64,000 nt of DNA from Eledone cirrhosa (Eukaryota). Position 1 is the stretch's first letter. Each line of letters opens with the position of its first letter. Positions 24,076 to 37,139 of the stretch are shown one piece after another. The stretch is taken from contig OZ024741.1 of assembly GCA_964016885.1 (NCBI GenBank), forward strand, positions 65,720,001-65,784,000, given 5' to 3'. The notes under the pieces were generated by a model that was not told where the DNA came from, searched no databases, and was given only the letters and a program-made list of their open reading frames with translations. The translations under genes and the position numbers were made by a program.

Positions 24076-25218
24076 ATAATAATAATTGTTTCTACTTTTG
24101 GCACAAGGCCAGCAATTATTCCAGTGCATTACTGGTACTTTATTTTATCGACCCCGTAAGGATGAAAGGCAAAGTTAACCTCAGCGGGATTTGAACTCAG
24201 ATCATAAAGGGCCGTAACTCTATGTTCTTATAATAATAATAATTCTCAGGTTGAATCAACATGGTGTTTCAAAAGGTCAGCTTTTCCACATATAACATTG
24301 AGACAATCAAAGTGAGTTCCACACAGTTTTCATCAACCCAAATTTCACTCAGGTGGCATTGGTCCATTCTGAGGCCACGGGGAAAAATATTTGCTTAAAA
24401 TACCAAATAATGTAATTGAATTCAGGAACATATGGTTATGAAGTGAAATTCTTAACAACTCAGACATGCTTGTATCAACAGGAGAAATATACTGCCAAAG
24501 GTAAAATAAAACAGGGGGAGAAGAAAACAAAACAAAAGTTTGCAATTCAAATGAAGAAACTGTGTAACTTAGGTGGAGAAAGTGTGTAATTTAAGTGGGG
24601 AAGGTATGTAATTAAGGTGAGGAAACTATTTAATTTAGGTAGGAAAATTGTTAAATTAAAGTGTAGAAAGTGTATGATTTATGTGAGGAAGTGCGTAATT
24701 TAAGAGGGGTAAAGTGTGCAATTCAAGTGGGTAACATGGTTAATATAGATGGGGAGACTGTGGGATGTAGGTGAGAGAAAATGTTTATTTAAAGTGAGCA
24801 ACGTGTGTAATTTAAGAGAAGGGAAAGTGTGTAATTTAGATAGAGAAAAAGAGTGTAATTAAAGTGAGTGATTTAGGTGGGGGAATTGATTAACTTAAGT
24901 AAAGAATGTGTGTAATTTAGGTGAAAGTGTTTAATTTACATGGTGAAAGCATGAAATGAAAGTAGGGAAAGTAATTAATTTTGGCAAGTTAGGTTAAAAA
25001 AAGAAAACAAAAGAAATTATGTGTAAACATTTCAGTTTCTATTACTCACATTTTTCTCAAGGTCTTTTACAAAATGGAACTTCAAAAGAGACTTTCTCAT
25101 GTCTTGTATGTAATCCATGTTTTTACCGATATTCTCTGGCACTGCAGAAAAGAGAACTGCTAAAGTTTCCAAAATCTTTCTTTCTCTCTAACAAAAATTG
25201 AATATATGTATCTATATC

Positions 25219-25267
<49 letters not shown>

Positions 25268-25363
25268 TATGGTATGTATATGTTGATATAGATATTTGTG
25301 TGTGTATGTATATATATGTGTAAGTAAACACACAAAACTTCTGAGAGTTTCCAAAATTTCTAC

Positions 25364-25377
25364 GTTACCGTAGCAAC
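25364..25377. promoter_or_regulatory. RFX X-box motif
   Basis: GTTACCGTAGCAAC fits the consensus GTNRCC(N0-3)RGYAAC and lies in unique sequence between microsatellites. Confidence 0.45.
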
Positions 25378-25387
25378 CTCGATATGT

Positions 25388-25423
<36 letters not shown>

Positions 25424-25562
25424 ATCACTTTACGGGAAGCACATGTTTAATAATCTCTCACTCACTTGCTTTTTATGTGTGTGTGGGTACAGAAGATAAT
25501 GTGGGTGTAATAAAAAATGCATGCACACACACACACACACACACACAGTATATATATGCATA

Positions 25563-25601
<39 letters not shown>

Positions 25602-26683
25602 AATCATAGAAATAAGTATGTATATATATCTCTTTTACTATATCACTTTCTCCACATCTCTTTCTCTAATTATATATATATTTATATATAGGTATATATA
25701 CATACACATATATTCTTTGGTATCCTTATCTCTTTATATATTTTTTTATTTCTATTCATCTACCTATGTCAAATATTGTATATATATGTAAACATATATA
25801 TACACACACACACTTGAATGCTCTCTCTCTCTCTCTCTCCCACACATACAGACAAACAGACACATACTCTTTATATGAGCTCTGGCATCTCCCTGTCTAC
25901 CTGCCCACATTTCATAGCATCTCTTAGCATCAACATACACAGATATGCAAACACTAACATAATCATGCATACATTCTTACGTAGATATATACATGCTCAC
26001 ACAACTACATAAAAGCATATATATATATATATATACATATACTCTCACAACATTATTTTTGTTTACGAATCATATTTGAAAATGCGTTTTACTTTTTGAA
26101 GACTGTTGCAAAACAAATGAACTATAAATGATAGGTGGTATTTCTTTTTAAATGGAGATAATTTCTGAAGGTCGTTGGAGTAACGTTACTTGATAGAGTA
26201 CTTAGCTAGGAGATCAGTGAGTCAGTGAGTCACTCCAGGTAGAGCTACTACTTCTCCGAATTGAGAGATCACAGCTCCAATACTATGGGCATGTGGTTTA
26301 GAATGTCTCAGGAAAGAATTGCTGGGCAAATTTTACGGACAAAACCAGGGGTTGACCCCAAGCAAGATGATTGGATAACATCCATGAGCTTAACTGGTCT
26401 CACTTGGGTATCCAGCCGGAACAGTTGAAGATGGTTGCTGGAACCTGCTGGAAGGAGTGTTTGAGGACTGTGCCTCCACGATTCTCTCAGGAATAAGTGG
26501 GCAAAGAAGAAGAAGAATTTCCTACAAGAATCAAACCAAGCATCTGCTATATGATAGATGCAGGGTTTCAGCCTAGCAGGTGATTCTGTCCATTTTTTTT
26601 TATCTGTCTCCAGGAGTATTGTATATGACCTAATCAACTGATTATTTATAGTTCATTTTGCATTGTCGATGCTTTAAAAAGCA

Positions 26684-26720
<37 letters not shown>

Positions 26721-27217
26721 AATGCACATTATATATATGTATATATATATATAATAAAATATAAAGAGTGAAAAATTTAAATCATTTTTAATTCCTTACA
26801 CATGTTTCAAGAGAGTTAGTTATACATCAAATTATTTGCAGAATGTTAGATGGAAATTCATGTAATCAAGGTCTATACATATGAAATGATATACAAATAT
26901 AGTTTATACTTCTCCATCTTTAGAAGATTAAAAATATATTAAACATATATCAATATGTCTGAAATTCAATTCCCACCTTACACAGGATGGGAACATCTCA
27001 AGTTTACTTGTTGTCCTTCCTATGACAACTATATATATATAATATTAAAGATACTATTTATAGTTATGTATATACTATACTATAAACAACTATAAACAGT
27101 GAAGGTCAGTAATTTATTACTACCTTAGTAAGATAAATAGCTCAATGTAAGAACATCAGGTGTTTTACAGAGCAGGAATATAGATTACACAAGTATGAAA
27201 GTTATGTTTAAAACATT

Positions 27218-27271
27218 TAATCGCTGACAATTGTTTCTTCCAAACTTAAGCTTGGAGTCCTCGGAGCATTA
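27218..27271 (-). ncRNA. Second, inverted copy of the hammerhead variant
   Basis: Minus strand reads TAATGCT-CCGAGGA-cTCCAAGCttaaGTTTGGAa-GAAA-CAATTG-TC^-AGCGATTA. Confidence 0.6.
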
Positions 27272-27501
27272 TCAATGCAGATACATATATATTGATGTTG
27301 TGGACAACAGTTTCATGTTTACAATTGTTTAAAATTAATTCTAATTTTAATCTTAATTTGAATTATTGTACAATTCTCGTATAATATATGTCGCTTCCAT
27401 TCCACCCTGTAAACATGAAACTGTTGTCCACAACATCAATATATATGTATCTGTATGATTCTTCAGTTGAATAGGAGGTTAATTATATGTACAAACATTG
27501 A

Positions 27502-27556
27502 TAATGCTCCGAGGACCCCCAAGCTTAAGTTTGGAAGAAACAATTGTCAGCGATTA
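27502..27556 (+). ncRNA. Type I hammerhead ribozyme variant (candidate, CCGAGGA core)
   Basis: TAATGCT-CCGAGGA-ccCCCAAGCttaaGTTTGGaa-GAAA-CAATTG-TC^-AGCGATTA, with palindromic CAATTG stem III and a GUC cleavage triplet. Confidence 0.6.
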
Positions 27557-28907
27557 AATGTTTTAAACATAACTTTGATACTTGTGTAATCTATATATAT
27601 ATATATATATACAGGGTGTCCACAAAAGCTGTATACACACTTTGATTACCTGTACAGGCAATATTTATTTGAATGGGGTATATATCTTTTGAGGACACCC
27701 GGTATATATATATATAATATTCTATATTATATATACACACTCATACACACACACATATACACACATATACACATACAAAGGGTTGGTAGGACCTTTCAGA
27801 TGTGTTAATTCATGACAAGTACTGATGCCACAATAAAATGCACTCAGTAGAATGAGGAAACATATGTAAACAAGTTGTGAAATCCCAGCCTGTGAAGACA
27901 TGTCCAACCCTTTCTGTGAATGTTAAATGAGGTGATGATGATAATGATACACACATATATACATACTTACATATACATGTGCACATTCATAGACACATGA
28001 ACATACATATAGAAAATACACACACTCACGTGCATTCTCACACGTATACATCCACCCCAACCCTGCCTGATCCCACAAATATATGCACACTCCACTCCAA
28101 CAAACTACACCATACCTCAACAAACCCATATGTTGCAAACAGCATCAACAACAGTAGAGGTGGTAGTAGTAGTAGTAGTGGTGGGGATGTAGTGGTAATA
28201 ATATTGGTGGTCATAGTGATGGTAGTGGTGTTAGTGATGGTATAAGTGCTAGTGGTTATATTGCTATTGTTGTTGTTACTATTTAACCCTAGGTCAGATT
28301 TGGTTGAGTAAGGTAATAATCAAAGGTTATAATCCTCCCAACTTATTTATCTAGAATTACATGATCCGATGTGTATTTTTTTTAACCCTTTAGCATTTAA
28401 ACCGGCCATATCTGGCCAAAATCTCTCACCTCTTTCTGTTCAAACCAGATCTAACTAACTGCTCATACTGATGTTAAGGTATTGTTCCCAAAATAAATAT
28501 CAAAATCTCATAGATTCGTTATTATGCGAGATAAAGTCTTTACCACAAAAATACAATAGTAAATATAGAGGGTAAAAACAGCAAGCAGAATGTGATTTGA
28601 GAGAGAATTAGCTACTATTTCTAGTAAGTCAAACAACCAACAACCGGATTGATAGTAATAGTAATAGTGCCATGAAATATATAGCCTAAAGGTAAATGTT
28701 AAGACATCAAAGATGGAGGTTAGATGGAGGATGGAGTGAGTGAGAGAAACACACACACACACACACACACACACACCACACACACACACACACACACTGT
28801 TGTTATACTTTAGGAGGATCATGCTGCCTGACCCTTCCAAAGTATAACAATATCCTTTCAACCCATGATTTCATATCAAGAATTTTTGCAAAACAAATAC
28901 AAAAGTG

Positions 28908-28998
<91 letters not shown>

Positions 28999-29967
28999 GA
29001 GAGAGAGAAATGCCAGTAAATAACATAATTTGACAGGTAAGAGAGGAAAAAATGGTTGGTTTCTAGCAAGATAGATAGACAAGAATTGTAAGGTGAGACA
29101 GAGGGAGAAAGAGAGGGGTAGGAAGGGTGGGAGAGAGATATATATTTGGTAGAGTTGTATGAGAGTGAGTGAGGTATAAAGCTGTGGGGTGGGGATGGAG
29201 TAGTGTTTGAGTGAGTGAGGTGTCTAGTATGTATGTTATCTTTAATTCAAGTATATCAGTTCTTATATCAGTTCTTCAAACTCCTCCTGAACATAATCCC
29301 TCTAACAAGTACCACCTTTCCTAAGTAACTCTGGTAGTGGTGCTGGTGGTGATGGGGGTGATGGTGGTGGTGATGGTGGTGTTGGTATTGTTGTTGGCAG
29401 TGATGGTGATCCTGGTGATAATATTAGTGTTGGTGTTGTTGGTAGTGGTGGTGATCCTAGTGATAATATTAGTGTTGGTGCTATTGGTGTTAGTGGTATT
29501 GTTGGTAGTAGTGATTATGGTGGTTGTGACAGTAGTTATTATTGTTTATAATCTATTTTTATAGCTAGGTGCAAAAATAAGTGAAGATTTTATTATTTTC
29601 AACTTTGATGCTTATCTTGAAATAAATTTCCATTAAACTGTAAAGTGGTTGTGTAGGTGTCATAACAAAAAGTACATAACCAATACTGTAAAGGGGTCGT
29701 GTAGTTGTCATGACAAAAAGCTCCAAGCACACACTGTAAATGTGGTTGATGTTAGGAAGGGCATCCAGCCATAGATATGTAGCCAGAAACTGTTCTATAT
29801 GAGTGAGACACAGTCGCATAAGCCATCTTGCCTCAAATGGGACAACCCATCTAACCCATGCCAGTATGGAAAATGGACATTAAACGATGATGCTGATGAT
29901 AAACTATGTTCATGTAACAAAACATTTTGAAGCACAAATTTCTATTTATTGATTTGTATTAATGTCT

Positions 29968-30196
29968 TTAACCCTTTAGCATTTAAATCGGCTGTATCCG
30001 TCCAGAATTCTCTCACCTCTTTCTGTTTAAACTGGCTGTAACCGGCCGCTCAGACTGATATTAAGGTATAGTTCTCAAAATAAATAATATCAAAATCTCA
30101 TAGATTTGATTTTATATGAGAGAATTATGTGAGGTAAAGCCTTTACCATGAAAATATAATAGTAAATATAGAGTAATGTAAATACTAAAGGGTTAA
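29968..30196. mobile_element. piggyBac-type MITE
   Basis: TTAA|ccctttagcattta ... taaatactaaaggg|TTAA. Family copies at about 28382, 36221, 46954-47149 and 60517-60745. Confidence 0.85.
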
Positions 30197-30574
30197 AGTA
30201 GTGAATTGACAGAATCATTAGAACTTGGAATAAAGTACTTTGTAGTATTCATTTCTGCTCTCTACTCTCTGGGTTCAAATCCTGCCGATGTCAACATTTC
30301 CTTTCATCCAATGAAGGTTGATAAAAAGTCCCAGTCAAGTACTGGGGTCAGTTCTTCCTTTATATCTCTTTCTCATTTCCATTCTCTCAATCTTTATCCT
30401 TCTCTGGAAGAAGTCTGCTGTGTTCAGACCTGGAGAGGAGATGGGCTCTGCCAGGTTTAAAAAACATACTAGAAACACTACATACTTCAACGACACCCCG
30501 GGAGTTACGGGACCTTGCAAGCATTAATAGCTTTACTTTCACTGTGTATTCTTATTTATTTCAGGCTGTCAAAT

Positions 30575-30903
30575 TAAAGATGGAAAAATTGTAAATTCAA
30601 GCGATTTTATTGTATGATTGAAAACAAAATTCAAAGCTACAAAATACCAAGTAACAGAAACTGCTCAAAATATTGGTGATAAAAATAGATTCTATATGAT
30701 GACATATGGCATACTGCATAGGTGAAGCACCAATCACTTTACCAAACTGAAACTGCATCAAAAGAAATGTTATGAGCATTTTTTTGTTGTTGTTGGCAAG
30801 TGGAATCATCCTTTATTTCTTGAATCCCAATAGAAACATCACAGCAGAAAAGTATTGCTAGAAAATCAACAAAATGTTCCAAGAATTGCAATGTTTACAT
30901 CCA
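30575..30903 (+). mobile_element. Decayed, internally deleted mariner transposase fragment
   Basis: Remnants of DEKWILYD, KLKLHQKK, GII..FLNPN..ITAEKYC. Confidence 0.6.
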
Positions 30904-31074
30904 ACACATAGTCCACACTGAAAATGTGGTTGACGTTAGAAAGGACATCCGGCTGTAGAAACCAAGCCAGAAACAGTTCTGCAAAATACAGTCATCTCAT
31001 CTGACTTATCTCAAAACATGACAACCCGTCTAACCTGTGCTAACATGGAAAATGGATGTTAAATGATGATGATC

Positions 31075-31765
31075 ATCATCATCATCTTTGTTTAACGTCC
31101 ATTTTCCACGCTAGCATGGGTAGACGGGAGTTGTCCCAATTTGAGTCAAGGTTGGTCGGGTGACCGTGTCTCGCTCATATAGGACTATCTGGCAGGTTTT
31201 CTACGGCAGGATGCCCTTCCTAACACCAACCACATTTACAGTGTGGAAACTGGGAACTTTTTACCGTGTTACCTACATGGCCACATTACAGTGTGGACTG
31301 TGTTTTTTGTCGTGACACCTACACAATCTCGATCTCATTATCTCACATATTTGGACTGGATGTTGTGGTACCAACTTTACAGAGAAGGGTGGTGTTGGTG
31401 GGAGTGGGAGGATAGGGTAGGGGTAGTGGATTGTGGTGTATATTTGGTTAAGAGGTGCCTACTGACTGTAGGTTTCGCTTTGTACATCAGCAAGGCGGGT
31501 CTTCTGTATTACTGCGTAGCGCCAATGATCTCGGTCCAGTGACATTGTCTTGGAGAGGTGCAAGTGTGTAAGGTCAGAATTTATTAGATTGTCCCAGGTT
31601 TTTCTGGGTCTACCTACTCCATAACTACCATCAATTTTGATCGCCCTGCACTTTTTATACAGCTGTCATCTTTCATGCGCATCACGTGGCCATACCAACG
31701 TAGTCTTCTCTCAAGTAAACAGCATCTGATCCCTCTTATTCCTAATTTCTCACTTAGTTCATTGA
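31075..31765 (-). mobile_element. 3' copy of an RTE with extended UTR
   Basis: RLRWYGHVMRMKDDSCIKKCRA and GRPRKTWD followed by the aggaagggcatcc module and an (atg)n tail. Confidence 0.85.
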
Positions 31766-31829
31766 TGATGTTGATGAATTTTGGTAAATCTGCATTTCAC
31801 TCACTTCATAAATGTCTTTGGTTCATCTT

Positions 31830-32750
31830 TAGATGAATAAAATAGACTGGATAAAATTCCTCCTGGAGTATGGAAGACAACAAAGTTTGATGACATCCTT
31901 CTGTAAAGCTGTATTGAGAAATTAATGAAAGGATACATCCTTCCCTTCACAAAGAAAGGTGACTTAGGTGTCACAAAAAATTGCTATAGCTGCCTAAATC
32001 GAATGTGCCCTGAGGTTCGAAAATTGGTGCGAAAGAACCAAAATGGTTTCCACAAGATCTATGTCCTCACAGATTTTAACAGTTTGGTGAATCTGCAATT
32101 CTTCTGTTTGTTGATTTCTTGAAGGCTTTCAACTCAATACACAGAGGCAAAATAGAGAAAATACACCTTGCATATGGCATACCAAAAGAAACTGTGAGCA
32201 CAATAATGATGCTGTACAAAGACACCTAAGTTATATTACATTCTTTGAATGGTGATTCAGAATTTTTAGACATCTTCACTGGTGTGCTACAGGGTGATAC
32301 ACTGATTCTCTATCTATTCATAATATGTCTGGATTACGTATTTCAAATGTTGACAAGATGGAAGAAAATGGCTTCACTCTGAAACAATTTCACTCTGAAA
32401 ATGGCTTCACTCTGAAACCAGATGTTATCCAACTGAATCCATTGCTAATGCTGGCTAAACAGACACCCTTGCAATGATATAGGATAAAGTACATGAAGCA
32501 GAATCCCTGCTATACAGTTTACAGAGAGAAGCCAGGGGTATTGGACTCTATCTGAATGTAGACAAGACAGAATACATGTAATAACCTGGATAGAGTTATA
32601 AATTCACTAGCCAGTATACATCTGAGTTGACCAGTTCACCTACATTGGAAGCAAGATCTCACTGAAAGTGATGTAAACACACGCCTTGGATAAGCTGACT
32701 ACAATTTGGAAATTGAAGCTTGCTAGATAAATGAAACACAAATTATCTTG
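31830..32750 (+). mobile_element. Decayed RTE-type RT fragment
   Basis: ILPFTKKGDLG, RKNQNGF, LFVDF.KAFNSIHR and GVLQGDTL..YLFIICLDY, with many disruptions. Confidence 0.75.
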
Positions 32751-34646
32751 TCATTACAGTGCAAGGAGTTGCCCTTGATACAATTTTTTGAATCACATCA
32801 TTAAAAGGAGCCTCAATGCTGCCAGATTTCTGTTACAATTTAAGCTTGTTGGCTTCCACCACAGTGATTGTAGGTGATGCCTAGGTAGTATAACCCTTTT
32901 TCTATTTAAGTGGCCTAAGTCACTCATCCAGGATGCTATGTGTTGTGACATATTCTCCAGTACAAACCTTGTTGCTTCAGCCCTAAACCAGGGCATTACC
33001 ATTCACGAGGGAGATGAGGAAGAGCAGAGGATTAAATACCAGATTCCATTTTGCGCTGGTCACTATAGCAACCTCTGGTGCCCTTGCAAATCAGATTGAG
33101 GTTATCACACCTGAGGAATGAACCCTATAGAGTGGAATGGCTGATTGCTACTTTATCTCAGGATGTAGCTGATATATATTGTTCAAGAGATTGTTGTTTT
33201 TGAAAAGTATATATATGGGAGGGTCATATTGTTATAATATTGCCAGAAAAAAAAATATATATATTTATATATAGATATTGCAATACAACGGGAGGAAACA
33301 TATCACTAAAATGTCACAGGTGTGTGACAAAAGAATTCTGAGAAACTATATTTATATCTATATTTTTAACTGTTGGTCAATCAATGATAAACATTGATTG
33401 TCAGCTGAATTAATAATAGAAATATAAAATTTACTGAAGCAAAAACCAACCCAAACCAAACAGTGAGTGTGTTTTACTATATATATATATATATATGTAA
33501 AAAGGGAGAAAAAGACGATTATTTGGAAGAAAAATATTTTTTTCTCTTTTTTCTGGGTTAAAAAATGTTTAAAACAAAATATTTTAATTTGTGTGAAGTG
33601 TTAAGGTATTAGTTAATTTATTTATTAATTAACAATGGCATTTATTTATTTATTTATTTATATATTTAATAATTGTCTATTACCGGTTTCAGCATTTTAT
33701 GCATTATCAAAGGGGGGGAATTTGTATTGGTGTAAAATGTTGGAGAGAAGATAATGTGATGTTGAACATGTTAAGGAAATGGGAAAAAAAGAATAATATT
33801 ATTTACAAACAAGGTTTTTGAAGTAAAAAGAAAAAAGAAAAAAAAGGGGGCGATGTGGAACATGATAAGGTAATGGGAAAGAAAGAATAATATTATTTAC
33901 AGGCATAGTTCTTGAGGATAAGCAGTTCAAAATGTGTTATTATGGCAAGAGAGCTTGGTTGGTCCATGATGGAGGCAAATGGTAGTATATATATAGAAGT
34001 AGTTCCACAACAATTAGTTCTGTTGTGGAACTATTTCTACCAAACTCATCCCATGGACTAAGTAATCTACTACCACGGATATAACCCTCCAGTGTTCTAC
34101 TATTATATATATTTTTTTTTGGGGGGGGGGGGGGGGGGGCAATATTATAACAACATATATATATATAACAATATTTGTTTCAACACATGATTTCATATAA
34201 AAAAAAATTGCAAAACAAATTAATAAGTATATGTTGAAGATATTTCAATTAACATTGCTCTCTCCTCACACAAAAGCAGGCATTAGATAAATTATTATAA
34301 TTATTATTTTTATATTACTCTCCTACACCCTCTGAAATACCCCCTCCCGCCCAGCTTCCTCTAGGTTTTGAAGGTCGTTAGTGGGTGTGGGTGCTTTTTT
34401 ATGTTATTCACAAGAATCACATTCCTCTTACATCCACCCCCACTTTGTCTGTGATCTGACACCCAATTCTCTGTTTCTTTAAGTCATCTACCCTGGTATT
34501 ATTTTGTGGTAGTGTGGGGGAGATAAGACGAAGGGATGTATTGAATTTCGGGAGGTGGGGTATTTTTAGAGACTCTATGACTTCTTAACAGAAACTGTGC
34601 GGTGGGGGGGTTCAGAAACAGTGGTGGTGTTTGGCAGCTGCAGCAG

Positions 34647-34678
<32 letters not shown>

Positions 34679-34716
34679 AGTAGTAGTAGTAGTCTACTAG
34701 TACTAGTAGTAGCAGC

Positions 34717-34775
<59 letters not shown>

Positions 34776-35076
34776 CAGCAGCAGCAGTAGTAGTAACAGT
34801 AGCAGTAGTAATAGTGATATTTTTGGTTTTGTTTAGCACCTGCAATGTCACTATTATGATACTTTGAATAGACAACACTTTGTTGTTTTGTTTGGATAGT
34901 CTGTAATAGGTAGATGGTAGAAGTAAAAGGGCCTTAACTCCTGATGATGTCTTAGGGACACCATCCTGACACATGGACTGTCTTGGGCATTTCAAACCTG
35001 ATAGAGCTCATTCCTTTCCAAGTTTAAATAGAGTTGATTTCAGAGAGAGATAGGGAACGAGAGAGAGAGAGAGAAG

Positions 35077-35124
<48 letters not shown>

Positions 35125-35129
35125 CACCT

Positions 35130-35345
35130 TTAATACTGAAGTAAGTAGTGAAGTAGGATGGGGACCAAGAATACCAGGAGCTCCCACCACTACAGGTTCA
35201 ATGACAAACCTATTGGAAAGCAGGTGATACTTCAAAACCTTGCAATCTTCAGCTTGTTGGGCAACAAAATCTTGGTTTGTTGCTGAATACATCAGGTTAC
35301 TATTGGAGAAAGTGTCATTACATGTCATGTCCAAAAATATGAATT
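35130..35345 (-). mobile_element. Restriction-like endonuclease fragment of a CRE-like non-LTR element
   Basis: LDMTCNDTFS.S...AQQAEDCKVLKY..L...FVIEPVVV...GILG resembles the WD.TC.DT / AE..K..KY / F.PVA.ET.G pattern. Confidence 0.55.
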
Positions 35346-35399
35346 GAAACAAAATATATTTAAAGCAAATAATACATGAATATAAATATATATCTATTT

Positions 35400-35882
35400 T
35401 TAATTGACTATCTTCAAAAGGGCCACACCATCAATGGAAAATACTATGCCAACACGTTGAGGCAGTTATGAAACGCTATCAAGACCAAACGCCCAGGAAA
35501 GCTGATGAAAGGTGTTTTATTTCATCAGGATAATACTCCAGCACACAAGTCCTTGGTTTCAATGACTGTTGTACATGACTGTAGCTTTGAACTGGTTGAT
35601 CACTCTCCCTATTCTTCTTATTTGGCTCCATCTGACTATCATCTGTTCCCCAGCTTGATAAAACATTTGGCTGGGAACCAGTATCGCAGTGATGATGACG
35701 TCATATCTACTGTTGATGACTTTTTGACCAACAGGATGAAAGCTTCTTCACCAATGGTATCCAAGCACTGCAACATCAATGGAAGAAGTGTGTGAACAAC
35801 AAGGGGGACTATGTTGAAAAATAAACCTCATTTAGTCACATTCCACGAGGTCAACCTATGAACTTTTCAGCTGACCCTCGTA
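35400..35882 (+). mobile_element. Mariner (DD34D) transposon, 3' half with right TIR
   Basis: IDYLQKGHTINGKYYA, LFHQDNTPAH and HSPYSSYLAPSDYHLF. Ends in the TIR cctatgaacttttcagctgaccctcgTA. Confidence 0.9.
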
Positions 35883-36429
35883 TAAATTAATAAAAATAAA
35901 GTTTGAGACATGCCTTTTCTGCTGAGGTATTCTTTTGAAATAAAACTAAAAGTTTTAAATCTTGTAATAACAGTCAATAATAGTTAAGAAAATCAGGTAA
36001 AATATCCTTAGATATGGAAAAAAATACTTTTTTTTTCATCTTTAAGGTTATTTTATTTATAGTAACTAACTGCTATTACAGTCATTTTTATGCAGTTGGG
36101 GCGCTCACATTTATAAAAAATTAAAATTTCATACAAAGACAAAGACAAGATTATCTTTTGATTTAACATATGCTACTGAAGAATTACCCATCTCTACATT
36201 ATCCAATGTGCTTTTCATACTTTAACCTTTTAGCATTCAAACCAGCTGCATCTGGCCAGAATTCTCTCACTTCTTTCTGTTCAAACTATCTTTAACTGGC
36301 TGCTCATACTGATGTTAAGGTATTGTTCTCAAAATAAATAACATTGAAATTATGTGAGGTAAAGACTTTACCACGAAAATATGATAGTATATATAGAGTA
36401 ATGTAAATGTCTGGAAATAGTGTTGATTC

Positions 36430-36658
36430 CAAATCAAATCCAGTCATGGATCTGATGAAATGCCAGATCAGATCAGATAACACAGGATGTCTGATAGTGA
36501 TGACTAATAATACAAACATCAGATCTGATCCTGGATCAGATTTGATGCCAGATCAGATCTGATAATACAGGCAGTCTGATAGTGTTGACTAAGAATACAG
36601 ACATCAGATCCGATCCTGGATCAGATCTGATGCCAGATTAGATCCGATAATACAGGTA
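36430..36658. repeat. About 3 copies of an ~80-bp GATC-rich unit
   Basis: catcagatc.gatcctggatcagat.tgatgccagat.agatc.gataatacagg repeated. Confidence 0.8.
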
Positions 36659-36813
36659 GTGTGTATATATTTATATGTATTAGTGTGAATTAGAGAAAGA
36701 GACTGTATAATGTGGGTGTATTAGTATGTGTACATATGATCATGTGAGTGTGTATGTTAAAGAGAGAAAGAGAGACTGTGTGTATTTTAGAGAGAGGAGT
36801 GCGTATATATTAC

Positions 36814-36979
36814 CTTCCAGGAGTCATTCTTCATCTTCATAAACTGTGCGCGGACTTTCAATTGGAAATTTAACACTTTGTAACATTTCTCCCCGTACCC
36901 TGACCTTTTCCTTGCAGCCTCTGGATCCAGATCAAGGAAGAAAATACAATCTGGCTTGATATTCCCTTTATCAGGGGAC
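36814..36979 (-). pseudogene. DTYMK: Isolated thymidylate kinase (dTMP kinase) exon, probably non-functional
   Basis: tag|G SPDKGNIKPDCIFFLDLDPEAARKRSGYGEKCYKVLNFQLKVRAQFMKMKNDSWK |gtaata aligns with eukaryotic TMK (QPDVGLPKPDLVLFL...KRGAFGHERYE..FQ...WK). ERYE has become KCYK and no other TMK exon was found. Confidence 0.8.
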
Positions 36980-37004
36980 CTACACGATAGGAAATATATA
37001 AGTA

Positions 37005-37048
<44 letters not shown>

Positions 37049-37139
37049 CGTGCGTGTGTGTGTGTGTGTGTGTGTACATATATATATTACACACACATGT
37101 ATACATATACACTCATATATGTACACATATATATATTTA

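Larger units (their letters stand above)
27178..27593. mobile_element. Penelope-like fold-back element with nested inverted repeats
   Basis: 27178-27277 pairs with 27496-27593 and 27278-27323 pairs with 27408-27453. The right end abuts (TA)n. Confidence 0.8.

Noticed and set aside
29337-29564. Val/Leu-rich transmembrane-looking ORF (also 34631-34867)
   Set aside because: Degenerate (GTG/GTA)n trinucleotide repeats.
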